Assembly: GCF_001194135.2 (NCBI RefSeq)
Contig: NC_068998.1
Location: 13,928,259-13,992,258, forward strand
Source: Octopus bimaculoides
Lineage: Eukaryota
Length of the DNA stretch: 64,000 bases
Direction of reading: 5' to 3'
Below the pieces are notes generated by a model. It was not told the DNA's origin, ran no database searches, and saw only the letters and a program-made list of their open reading frames with translations. Positions 24,106-37,082 of this stretch are shown here, piece after piece. Positions within the stretch are counted from its first letter, which is position 1. Each line of letters begins with the position of its first letter. The translations under genes were made by a program, and so were the position numbers.

Positions 24106-25940
24106 CTGTAATGAAATATCCACACATTGCACAGCTTAAGCCAGTTCATATATAAAGCATTACAATTTTAATATTTAGTGTTACTATGCACTGTTATGGT
24201 TCCTTTAAAGTTTTGCCACAAACTGCACTTGGTACTTTATATCAGGGGTTCTCAACCACTTTTTGCCTATGGACTCTGAGTGTATAAGCTGCTGTTGAGA
24301 TGTGCAAAAAAACAGAACCAGCTAAACAGCCCTTAAATCACACACCAAATCTTTCTTTTTGTTTGGTTTTTGCATCATCATATGAATACATGTAGAATAC
24401 AAATTTGCAAATATTTTCTGAAAATTCAAAAAGATATAAAGAAGATGTGCAGGGGTTAATGGTGTACTAAAAGAAGCATTCCACCAATGTTTTTTTTTTT
24501 TAAATTTTATTTTAACCAAATGAAATACAAATATTCTCCTAGACAGGGTGTTAGTTAATAACAGGCAAGTTTTCCAGAAAATTTTGTGTCAATTCTCCAC
24601 AGCTGAATAGTTGGTATAGTGCAAATTTTAATAATATCTATAGTGAGTTTCAACTGAACACCCATCATCATCATCATCATCAACCCCAGGACAATACTGC
24701 CTTGTTTCCATGGCGTACAAGTGACTGAGATCACAACACTCCCACTGAATGGGACACCAGCCTATTGCAGGATTACTCATTTATAGCTGAGAAGACTGAG
24801 GCTGAGTGAAACGAAGCATTTTGCTCAAGAACACAACATACCTCCCAGTCCAGGAATTGAAACCATAATCTTGCAACCATGAGTGAAACACCTCTAATCA
24901 CTAAGTCACATGCCTTCACTGAATACCTATGGCCTATGGATAATTCACCTCTTCTATTTATAGTGTGGAAAACAATCCCATCAGTAGTTGTTCAACCTGC
25001 TAGAAATAGCAGCCAGATTTTTCTCAAATCATATTCTACAGTCTTGAAACCAAAATGACACTGCTGTCATAGATATACAAAAAAATTGGGTAGTCACAGT
25101 TGGAATGATTTAAACATAGGTTTATTCAGCCAATGCTGATCAGGAACTAAAAAAGTAACAACATCCTGCAGAAATAAAATCCTACTGCAAGTGAGGTTTA
25201 TCTATTTTTCTATCATCTATATAGTCAAAGTATCTATTATAACCTTTTAGCATTTAAAGCAGCCATATCTGGCCCAAAATATTCTTCCTGTTTCATGGTG
25301 AACCTGGACAGATCTGGCCTCTCACACCTATTCTACAATGTAATTTTGAAAATAAACAAGGCATGGATGTGTGATAAGAAGCTTGCTTCCCAACCACTTG
25401 GTTTCAGGTTCAGTCCCACTGCGTGGCACCTTGAGCAAGTGTCTTTTACTATAGCCTCAAGCTGACCAAATTCTTGTGAGTGGATTTGGTAGACGGAAAC
25501 TGAAAGAAGCCCATCATATATATGTGTGTATCTTTGTTTGCCCTCCCACATCACCACTTGACAACCAGTGCTGGTGTGTTTACGTCCCCGTAACTTATCA
25601 GTTGGGCAAAAAAGACCAATAGAATAAGTATCAGGCTGGAAAAAAAAAAAAAATAAGTACCGATTCTTTTGACTAAAAAACTTTTCAAGGCAGTGCTCCA
25701 GCATGGCCAGTCAAATGACTGAAACAAGCAAAAGAGTATATCACTGAAATCTTGAAGCTACTACAAGATGATGCAGGATTAATTCAAAACAATGTAAAGC
25801 ATTATNNNNNNNNNNTTTTGAAAGAGTAAACAATGTCAAAAGGTCAAGGGAATAGGTGCCGTGATTGATGTTTTACCGAAGTTTCTGTACGCTTACACTT
25901 CGTTACTTTGTATTCACTGTATAAGTTTTTCTAAACTTAC

Positions 25941-26022
25941 CCATCTTCCGAACTAATCCATCTTCTTTGAATTCTTCTTTCACAGATTCCATGTAAGATT
26001 GGAAACACCAATATGCCAATGG
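25941..26022 (-). CDS. TBC RabGAP exon G (PLAYWCFQSYMESVKEEFKEDGLVRKM-D)
   Basis: gcatttcag|CCA...G|gtaagt; 82 nt, phase 0 to 1; A(Y/F)WCF motif. Confidence 0.93.
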
Positions 26023-27186
26023 CTGAAATGCAAAATCCACACGAGAATTTTGAACTATCTCATACTACCTTCTTTTTGCCATACATCACTGTTTCATGAA
26101 ATTACAGACAGCCAAATATATATATATATAATAATATTAGGGACAAAATCCAAAATTACAGGTAAAAACTCAATTAAAATCAATTTATAAAAAATTAAAA
26201 TTAAATTGTGACAGTGGATTTTCATCGATGAGTTCATGAACCTTGGTTCTTTTCCCTAAAACTATATNNNNNNNNNNNNNNNNNNNNNNNNNNNNNNNNN
26301 NNNNNNNNNNNNNNNNNNNNNNNNNNNNNNNNNNNNNNNNNNNNNNTATGTATATATAATAAAAGCAGCATGAAGTTAAAAAGAAAAATTGACATTGCTG
26401 ACACAATTGTAACTTTTTCAGACAATTGACTTCCTCTTTCAGAGATGAACAATTTTAACATTTACATATAAATTAATAATTAGATATACACATATTCTGA
26501 GATTGCAACACACACACACACACGCATATATATGGAAGCAGTGCTGCAGATATACCAACAAATGAGCCCGAGACATGACTGCCCTCACGCACTTCACATG
26601 AGGAATTCCAGCAGGAGCTTCGTTAGACCACTCCAGAGACGCTTCTGACAAATTTCAGTAACCATTGGAAAACCGATGATAACGGTAACTCCATTAATTC
26701 CTAGCAATATTTGAGGAAGGAATTTTTATATTCCGAAATATTATGTTAGATTATGAATAATTAAATTATTTATAACAGTTATTATAGTCCACTCTGCCTT
26801 GTTGTGCCATTCAAGGCACGTTACATTTCACACACACACATATATATTTGTCATGTGGCCCTCTTCCACTTGGAAATGGTATAATGCAGCCCCCAGGTGA
26901 CAAAAAGTTGCCCACCCCTGAAATAAAGGGTAACGAGAGGATGGGTATCTAACCACAGAAAATTTTCCTCAACAAATTCCATCTGCTCTGATCTCAGAGG
27001 AATTTGAACTATGAATGTAAAGATGGACAAAATTCCATAAAGCATTTTGTCTGGCATGCTAACGATTCTATGAGCCTTAAACATTGGCTTAAATATGGCA
27101 AAGTTATTTTACTATATTTTTCATTATTTTCCAAATTACTTGAAAAGAAAAAGTATATTCCAACAAAAAGGTTAACCATAAGGATA

Positions 27187-27395
27187 CTCTTTTACTCTTT
27201 TATTCTTTTATCTGTTTCAGTCAATTGACTGCGGCCATGCTGGAGCACCGCCTTCAGTCGAGCAAATCGACCCCGGGACTTATTCTTTGTAAGCCTAGTA
27301 CTTATTCTATCGTTCTCTTTTGCCTAACCGCTAAGTGACGGAGACGTAAAAACACCAGCATCGGTTGTCAAGCAATGCTAGGGGGACAAACACAG

Positions 27396-27437
<42 letters not shown>

Positions 27438-27600
27438 GACGGGCTTCTTTCAGTTTCCGTCTACCAAATCCACTCACAAGGCTTTGGTCGGCCCGAGGCT
27501 ATAGTAGAAGACATTTGCCCAAGATGCCACACAGTGGGACTGAACCCGGGACCATGTGGTTGGTAAGCAAGCTACTTACCACACAGCCACTCCTGTGTCC
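27187..27600 (-). mobile_element. SINE family A, full length
   Basis: Reverse complement of 10107-10481. Confidence 0.9.
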
Positions 27601-27630
27601 CGGATGGCAACATATTTTTTTAATGTTTAC

Positions 27631-27763
27631 CTCATTTTGGAATGTAGATAAAAAACTAGCAGCAATATCATTCATGCCTTGGGTGTATCCTACTTCTCGA
27701 TGGAAGTAGGTGTAGGTTGTCAGCATATTCCTCAGCCATTCTAAATATTTGCTGTCGTCCTCC
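27631..27763 (-). CDS. TBC RabGAP exon F with Gln finger (R-EDDSKYLEWLRNMLTTYTYFHREVGYTQGMNDIAASFLSTFQNE)
   Basis: ttctttgcag|G...GAG|gtaaac; 133 nt, phase 2 to 0; GYxQGMND motif. Confidence 0.95.
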
Positions 27764-28727
27764 CTGCAAAGAAGGAAATGAAAGATGTATGATGAGTCAA
27801 AGAAAGACGGTCATTGATTAATCAGACAAAAATAAATTAATATCAATCTATATTGGTTACTGTTTGTGCAATAAAGAAGGATTAAATAGCGATCAACACT
27901 CAATCAATGATTGATCAATAAGGAATGGTAGTATAAGATTATGTTATCATTTCTTATTGACCAATCACTGATGAGCTACAAAATGTAGAAAACTACAACA
28001 CTGTCTTTTAACTGGTTTCAGTCATTAGACTGTGGCCATGCTGGAGCACCACCTTGAGGAATTTTAGTCAAACTAATTGACCCAGTACTTATTTTCATTT
28101 TTTCAAAGCCTGGTATTTATTCTATCAGTCTCTTTTGCCAAACCATTAAGTTATGGGGATGTAAACACACCAACACAGGTTGTCAAGTGGTGATGGGGAC
28201 AAACACAGACACACACACATACATGCAACAGGCTTCTTTCTATGGTGTGACTATTCTTTTATTGATAATCCTAATAAAAGTGAAACATTCTAAGTTATCT
28301 CCCCTATTTGCAGGTGCTAAGATTTACATTAATCACAGCTAACATTAATTTTATTTTTCTCTTGTATATTTGATCTTATTTTAGATTCATTTAATATCTC
28401 AAGCATTAAATATACTTTACTCGACTTAGTTATACCAGCTAAGCTAATAAGTAAGATATGAAGTACTCAGAAGGGATGTTTCAAAGCTGATATGAGTTGG
28501 TTGCAGTCCTTTATTATTCTGAAACACAATTACAAGAGAGCCACCAATTTCTTTTGATGTGTGTATGTGTGTGTGTGTGTGGGGGGGGTTAAGAAGTTCA
28601 CTTTGCATCCACATGGTTTCTTGTTCAGTGCCACTGCATGGTAACTTGGGCAAGTATCTTCCTATATATAGCTCTAGGCTGATTGATGTTTTGTGAGAGA
28701 ATTTGATAAATGGAAACTGAGTGGAAG

Positions 28728-28758
<31 letters not shown>

Positions 28759-28782
28759 CTATCCATTCCTCTACACACACGT

Positions 28783-28815
<33 letters not shown>

Positions 28816-31177
28816 AATACACACACATGTATACACACACACACACACACATATATATATAGTCATCTAAGAACCCATAAGTCAGAAAAAGTAGTCATTG
28901 TATATTTGTCAAATGTGCTATTCAAAGTGTACAGAATTATATATCCATTACATCTGATCTTACCAAATGGTTTCACACAGAGCATTAAAACAGCTGCTAG
29001 ATTAATGCACAGTTATATGCCATGTGCTCGTCAGAGCTAACAGGTATGGAAAAAAAATATGGCCATATTTTTTCCATGTTAATACAAGCATGTTGTATTA
29101 TATAACTTTTCAAGGAATAAATGTTAAGGAGGTTATTAATAAAGGAATGGTGAAAGCCAATGGGGCAGATACAACAAAACTAAATACGTTATCTTCACAT
29201 CATTTAAAATGAAATACAAAGGAATCATTTTCCATTATCTTCTCCAGGTCTATAGAAAAATGCCAAAAATATTCTGTAGCTAGAAAAATGGAAAAATAAA
29301 ATATAGGATATTGGATAAATGTGGGACAAAACAAATTTTAATTGATCAAAAACACCCACAACAGTCACACACACATAAAGACACACAATTGCACATAAAC
29401 AGAAAGTTTGAGAAAAACCTACTTAATGAGATAAAGGCAGGTTCTGCTAATCAAGTTCTGCTAATGAGTATGTAAAAACTATGTTAGGTGGAGAAGGAAA
29501 AAGAAAAAAAAAAATCTTTACTGATTTAAATATAACCTAACACAAGATAGCCAAACAATGATTCTATCACACACATGATTGGACATAGTTCAGGTTAATA
29601 TGATAAGAAATTAAGATTGTGTGAGGAAGAAACAATTTCAACCAATCAGCAGCTAGAATGCTGGAGTACGCTCCAAATACTGGGGCATACCAATAATAAT
29701 GATGCAATGCAGGAGTGCATACATACATACATACATGTCTCTAACCTATAAACTATATACATACATACATACATACATACATACATAGATATCGCAGTTC
29801 ACCTTTTGCGGTTTATTATTTAAGCTTACGTTGTTTTACATTTATGATAAAATAAATATATACAGATTATAAAAATGATAAAAAGAAAATATACAGTACA
29901 GTACTGTTCCTACTTCACAGATTTCCACCTATCGTGGGGGTTTTTGGAATGTAACACCCACAATAGTTGAGGGATTACTATATATATATATACACACACA
30001 CACACGTGCGTGACGTGAATGTTTATATTGACTAGATCATGCAACAAAGTAGAAACTCATTGCATCATTATCATTTTGCCATGCCTCCGTACTTTGAGTA
30101 CATATATCATCATCATCATCATCATCACTTGTTTCCATGTTTGCAGGAATTAGGTGGAGATCACTGAGGCAGATTTTCTATACCCGGATATACAATAAGA
30201 AATCAAAATTGTGTGAAGAAGAAACAATTTAATCCAATCAGCAGCTAGAATGCCTGAATAGCCTCCAAATACTGGGGCATGCTAATAATAATGATGTAAT
30301 GCAAGAGTGTATACACACAGACACACACACACACATATATATATATATAGACATACACACATACATACACACACATGAGTGTTTATATGGAGCAGATCAT
30401 GTAACAAAGTAGAAACTCATCCCTTGCATCATCATTTTTTTTCCTTGTTTGCATAGATAATGTGGAGTTCACTGAGGCAGATTTTTTTATACATGTATGT
30501 ATGTATGTGTTTGTGTGTCTGTGTTTGTCCCCCCAACATTGCTTGACAACCGATGCTGGTGTGTTTATGTCCCCGTAACTTAGCGGTTCGGCAAAAGAGA
30601 CCGATAGAATAAGTACTAGGCTTCTAAAGAATAAGTCCTGGGGTCGATTTGCTCGACTAAAGGCGGTGCTCCAGCATGGCCGCAGTTAAAAGACTGAAAC
30701 AAGTAAAAGAGTAAAAGAGTATATNNNNNNNNNNNNNNNNNNNNNNNNNNNNNNNNNNNNNNNNNNNNNNNNNNNNNNNNNNNNNNNNNNNNNNNNNNNN
30801 NNNNNNNNNNNNNNNNNNNNNNNNNNNNNNNNNNNNNNNNNNNNNNNNNNNNNNNNNNNNNNNNNNNNNNNNNNNNNNNNNNNNNNNNNNNNNNNNNNNN
30901 NNNNNNNNNNNNNNNNNNNNNNNNNNNNNNNNNNNNNNATACAGTGCGTGTGTTTTTATTGGCTAAACTGGCAATATGACCATCCCCAAGTACAACAATA
31001 TATATATATATATATATATGTATGTATATATATATATATATATCACAATTATTTTTTTTCAGTTACAATCTACAATAGGCTATAGGTTGAAGACACTTGC
31101 TATAGGTGCCACGCAGTGGGACTGAACTCAAATTTAAGTGATTGAGAAGCAAACCTCTAAATTACTCTGCCACATCT

Positions 31178-31211
<34 letters not shown>

Positions 31212-31755
31212 TATTTATACACATACATACATACACAAATACACACACACACACAAGCATACACACACACACACACACACAAGCAGCATTTGTAACCTCA
31301 TTTCAAATAGAATCTCTCACATAACAATAACCTGATGATGATGATGAGAGCAATTCAAAGAGAGTGCAGACCAAAAATTAGTCAAATCACCATTAAATCA
31401 CAGCCTATCACTTTTAGAAATGGAAGGGCACATTAGATAATGTAGTCCTAGGTATGCAATGACTGAGAGAAGGAATGGGATAGGCTGAGATGGTCATAAC
31501 TGGAACGCTTTCCATCATAGGTCTACTCAGTCAGGGCTGACCCAGATCGAAACGGAAGCTAACGATGACAAATAAGATTGCAGTGGCGGCAGCAACAATG
31601 ATGACAACAACAATGATGTTGATGATGATGATAATTACAATGATGATGATGATGATAACATTAATATTCTTTGTTTTCATTTACCTGACAAGTCTACTGA
31701 AATAATCAAATATATATTGCCTCTTCTTTCTTGAATCTGTGTCTATCTGTCTGTT

Positions 31756-31828
<73 letters not shown>

Positions 31829-32037
31829 GACACACATACACATTATATACACAGACTCAAACACAAACACATACACTCAAACACACAGAAGCTTCAAATT
31901 AAATCTGCTTTTTTTTTTTTCCTCTCATTAATGAATTAAAAACAGTTAAGCTAATTAAACCAATTAGCAACATAGTTTTAGGTAGCAAGTAAAACATCAC
32001 CAATGAAATTCCAGTCAAAAAGAAAGAGGATAATTAC

Positions 32038-32141
32038 CGAAAAAGTTCATGGTTACGGTCAGTCCGAGGCACATCACGCTTTATAATCCTCATGTCCCCC
32101 CAAAATTTCTTTCGTTGTACTTTTTGCTTTTTGGCATATAT
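32038..32141 (-). CDS. TBC RabGAP exon E with Arg finger (IYAKKQKVQRKKFWGDMRIIKRDVPRTDRNHELF-R)
   Basis: ttttatag|ATA...CG|gtaatt; 104 nt, phase 0 to 2; IxxDxxR motif = IKRDVPR followed by TDR. Confidence 0.95.
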
Positions 32142-33632
32142 CTATAAAATAATAATAATAATAATAATGATGATGGTGATTTCAAATTTTGGCACAAGGC
32201 CATTGATTCTGGGGGAGGGAGTAAATCGATTACATCGATCCCAGTATTAAGCTGGTACTTATTTTATTGATCCTAAAAGATCAAAGGCCAAGCTGACCTC
32301 AGCAGAAATTGAACTCAGAAAGTGCAGACAGATGAAATAGTGCTTAGCATTTCACCCAGCATGCTGGTGATTCTGCCAGTTTGAAGATAATAATAATAAT
32401 AATAATAATAATCTTTTCTTCTATAGGCACAAGGCCTGAAATTGTTTGTGGGGGAATAATAAATAATATACTTTTGAATAATTATAACAAAAAAAAGTAA
32501 TAAATACAATCTTATTCATTCAGTTTTACAATAAATTTTATAAGAAAAGTAACTTTTTCTTTTATATATAACACACAAACATCAATTTTTCAATTTCATG
32601 ACACCTAAATATTTCTTTTGCATCTTTAAATGCAAGAACTTGTTGTCCCTTGATGTCTTTGGTTGAGACTTGTGTGCAGATACTTCAAATTAAAGCAGGG
32701 GAGGAGGAGGAGGGTTGTTTCTAATTTAAGCCTAAGTCCAACAGTTTTTTTTTTTCTGAGAAGTGGTGGTTAGCTGATACTATGAACCTCAGTACTTAAC
32801 TGGTAATTTATTTTATTGACCCTGGAAGGATGAAAAGCAAATTGACTTTCAAGAGGATTTGAAGTCAGAACACAGAGAGCCAGAACAAACGCAATATAAC
32901 ATTGAATAAAAAGCTCTGATGATTTTGCTGTGAAGAAAACTATTACAGCAAACACTCTAACATAATCATGACTATAGATATTCACAATAAAAGAATAATG
33001 AAATGCTCAAAATTGAAAACAAACAAACTATAAACACATACACAAGGATTGAGATAAGTAGAAAACTACTATGAAATAACAATAGCAGAAAAAAATTACT
33101 TAGTAAAAAAATCAGAGTGTCTGGGTGCATTCATTGTGACACTGGCACTAGTGAGATCACAAGTACTCACAAGACAAAAACCTCTCGATTTTGTTAGATA
33201 TAGTATTGAAGTTAGTGTAAGTATGATAGAGAGAAAAGAATGAGTATCTTGCTGAAGAAGATATTACATGACTTCTTCAGCTGGAGAGAGAGAGATAGAA
33301 TGTTGAGAGTGTAACTTTACATTACAAGGTAAATAAAATAACACAACACACCCTCCTTTTTTCCTACATAATTGACACTTGTCATGACAACACTATCAAC
33401 TTACACAGTTCACATTCCTTACAGATGCAACCCATTAATGCTACACAAACATACTCTACACTAAAACTCAACACCTGTCAAAGTGCACATACGTAACACA
33501 AACACCACCCATGAAAATAACACAACACAGTGCACATACTTTACACAACAGATGGAACATTAGAATAATAACAAAAACAACAAAACTGAATTGGACAAGT
33601 AAACAAATATGATAAGTCAATTCATTACTCAC

Positions 33633-34351
33633 CTGTGCTTGAAAATCAATGAAGTTGATCTGCTTTTGTACATCTGGTGAATTCCAATCAAGAGAGAGAC
33701 CAGAACTAATAAGATCCGATGTAAAGACATTAGTTTGAAATCTTTTGGCTTCAGCCTCCGCCACAGCAGCAGCAATGTCCTCCAAATTTAATTCACTGTC
33801 TTTTGAAGAACTCTGCATTCCTCCTAACTGAGACAAATTTCCATTACCAAATTGATTAACCATTAGGGAATACTCCATTACATCACTAATTTTTTTGTGT
33901 CCAGAATGTTCTGGAAGGAACAAGTGAGTTTGTAGAGGTGGGCTCAAAGAGCTAACACCATTTAATTGCAGTTGTGCTACTTTGGTAGGGCTCACAACTT
34001 CAGAAGACAAGGAATGAAAACAAGTACAAAAATGCTCAACAGAACTTTCTTTAACAGAACATTTATCTTCAAAGGAAGACATTTTCTCTACACTGTCCAA
34101 TGGCTGCCCACATACTGTACAAGAGCTATAACATTTACTGGTATCTGTAAAAATTTCTTCTGAAAGACTACTTTGAGACGGGCTTTTTGAAATTGATCGC
34201 ACAGTTTCATTTGAATTAACCGATGAATCCATATTGACAGTAATCCAACTGGTCTCATCTCCAGACGACGGTGACTTTACTAAATTTAAATTTGGACTAT
34301 TGTCTTCTTTATAAAATTCCTCTGACATAATATTTTCATCAATATCGTGAT
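33633..34351 (-). CDS. TBC RabGAP exon D, large Ser-rich insertion exon (D-HDIDENIMSEEF...FIDFQAQ)
   Basis: taatttcag|AT...CAG|gtgagt; 719 nt, phase 1 to 0; coincides with ORF 33468-34328. Confidence 0.9.
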
Positions 34352-35065
34352 CTGAAATTAGATTTTAAAACAATAATAGTTTCTCAAATTACAGTAAAAT
34401 AAAAATGTTTAAATTACTTAAAATCAAATAATACAATAGTTAAAATAACACCCAGATTATTTTGATATTTTTGTTTAGGTACAGATCAACACTGATCAAA
34501 GGTATTCCAACCATGACCATCATGTCTTTGTGCAAACCAGGAATTATACATCCAGGAAACCAGGTAACCAGCCATATGGAATATTAGGACTCAAGGCATT
34601 AATGTCATGGAGTTGATGGTGATAAGTACAGAGATCTAGTTTAGTTAATTATGCCTTCCTTCAAATGCATATCGTTGTCATGCCTAACACAGAGGTTGTA
34701 ACTGTTCTTATGTTGTATACTTAATCCCTTACCCAGCTCAATTTAACACCACCACCACCTGATCCTTGGGTGCTTTTAGCAGAGTCTATTTTTTCGCTAG
34801 CATTTTTAGTCATATTTCAGGTTTGAAAATAACTTTGTTCCACCAATTATGGATGCCCTGAGAACAGTTTATAGACATTGTCCCTCATCCTTTGACTAAA
34901 TGATGACAAGCAAATGCATCTCAGTCAATAGAACCAATATTCTTAAATCCAAGATCATAATTTAATATGTTACAGCATAATAGAATCACCTCCATATACA
35001 TCTGCATACTGCAAGGATTGTGATTGGCTGCATTATTTGAAAAAGCATCACAAACTGTTACTTAC

Positions 35066-35178
35066 CCCCTGTATTAGCTTTAGCAGCAGCAGCCTCCAAT
35101 TTGTTGAGGACATGGAGACAGTGGGCCTTCATTTCATGGTACTTTATTACATACTCCAACTTAATTATTTCTCGTTCT
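35066..35178 (-). CDS. TBC RabGAP exon C (R-EREIIKLEYVIKYHEMKAHCLHVLNKLEAAAAKANTG-D)
   Basis: gttgcag|A...G|gtaagt; 113 nt, phase 2 to 1, open frame. Confidence 0.9.
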
Positions 35179-35666
35179 CTGCAACAAATAAATGAACAAA
35201 TTAATTACTGAACATACAGTAAAAGTAGTCGCCATTTTTATTCATTAATAGGTGTAAGTATGGCTCTGTGATCAACAAGCTTGCTTTGAAACAATATGAT
35301 CTCAAGTTTGATTCTAATGCATGGTATCTTTGGTATGTTTTACCATAGCCTTGAGTTTAATGTCTTGGAGTAAAATTCAGCAAACATAAATTCTATTTAG
35401 ACACACACTGTGCGCATGTGTTATGTCATATATGTTTGTGATGTGTATATGTGTTGTATGCATTTGTGTGTATGTGTTTGTCTCCACATTTCTTCTCATT
35501 GACAATGTTTAGGCAGCAACAATGGTCTTTATATCTCCCAGAAACAAAAAGTCTGGCAGCAGTTCAATATGCAATGACATGGAATACATACCTTAATTGG
35601 AAACAAGTAAGACATCTGACCATAGAATACTGCCTCAATAAATAATACAGCAAAAGTAGATACAAA

Positions 35667-35700
35667 ATGGTGGTGGTGGTGGTGGTGGTGGTGGTGATGG

Positions 35701-35732
<32 letters not shown>

Positions 35733-35739
35733 GTGATGG

Positions 35740-35774
<35 letters not shown>

Positions 35775-35778
35775 GTGG
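35667..35778. repeat. (TGG/TGA)n trinucleotide microsatellite, intronic
   Basis: Direct reading; one of dozens of (AT)n, (AC)n, (AG)n, (AAT)n and (CAT)n tracts in the window. Confidence 0.95.
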
Positions 35779-36045
35779 CAGCAAGGAAGAAAGAGGTGTG
35801 GTCTGATTTTATTTCTTTGATTATTTAGTCTGAAGAAAATGGACAATGTTCATAACTTTTTCAGACCCACCTAGGCAGGAGAATAACAAAATAAATATAA
35901 TAGACGCTGTGTGGTTAAAAAGCTTACTTTGCGATCATATGGTTTCAGAGCAGCACCTCGGGCAAGTATCTTCTATTATAGACCTGTGCCAACCAATGTT
36001 TTGTGAGTGAATTTATATGGATGGAAACTGCATGGAAGCCCATCA

Positions 36046-36082
<37 letters not shown>

Positions 36083-36540
36083 ATGTGTGTGCATGTGTGT
36101 TAGTTTGTATCTTCTTGTTTTGACATCATGTGACAGCTGTAAGTGCCATCAACTTACAAACAGTGTCATTAGTTTCCAGTCTTCCATGAAAACATGTCCA
36201 GTCATGGAGAAATACTACCTTCCCTGGAAACGGATGAGAATTGGTAACAGGAAGAGCATCTGGCCATAGAAAATGTGCTTCAATGAATTCCATTTGGCAT
36301 ATACACACAGGGAAAAGTGGACATTAAAATCATGATGATAATTTAACTTGTTGAAAAAGAAAATGAATCAAAATAACAAAAAAAAAAAAAANNNNNNNNN
36401 NNNNNNNNNNNNNNNNNNNNNNNNNNNNNNNNNNNNNNNNNNNNNNNNNNNNNNNNNNNNNNNNNNNNNNNNNNNNNNNNNNNNNNNNNNNNNNNNNNNN
36501 NNNNNNNNNNNNNNNNNNNNNNNNNNNATTGTTTCCATAC

Positions 36541-36616
36541 CTTTTAGTTGACTGACAAGGATACATTCCAAACAGAAATGGCCACACAGATTTCCTGAGA
36601 GAAGGTTGGATTCCAC
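36541..36616 (-). CDS. TBC RabGAP exon B (G-GIQPSLRKSVWPFLFGMYPCQSTK-R)
   Basis: atag|GT...AG|gtatgg; 76 nt, phase 1 to 2; TBC motif A (LR..VW.FL.G.YP). Confidence 0.93.
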
Positions 36617-37082
36617 CTATTGGAGAACAAATGGTAAGAATTACTACTTAGTATTTTTATTTATGCGCCCTTTTCAAGCCTAGCCAGGCTCATGGGCCTG
36701 TTTTCCTGGTTTCTATGGCGTATGTGTTCCCCCCTACCTGGACGGGATGCCAGTCCATCGCAACGTTACTCAAGAAACAGGAAGAAAGAGTGAGAGAAAG
36801 TTGGGGCGAAAGAGTACAACAGGGGTTGCCACCATGCCCTGTCAGAGCCTCGTGGAGCTTTAGGTGTTTTTGCTCAATAAACAAACACAACCCCTAGTCT
36901 GGGAATCGAAACCACGATTCTCCGACCGCGATTCCACTACCCTAACCACTTATTTTGGCATGAAACCATAAATAAACTACATTTTGGGAGTATCACATTG
37001 GCCACCAGAATGGCACATTCTAAAAGGATGAATGGCAAAGTTCATCTTAGAACTGGGGCTAAAACAAAAACAATGTTACAAT

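Noticed and set aside
26439-26651. GC-richer ORF between TBC exons F and G
   Set aside because: Exons F and G already join in phase to give a continuous TBC sequence; no convincing splice sites or homology.
32914-32950. CTGATGA...GAAAA motif
   Set aside because: Helix II very weak and no helix I pairing; chance match.
35529-35846. 105-aa ORF with a very long poly-His run
   Set aside because: It is a (CAC/CAT)n microsatellite inside a TBC intron; no splice or coding support.
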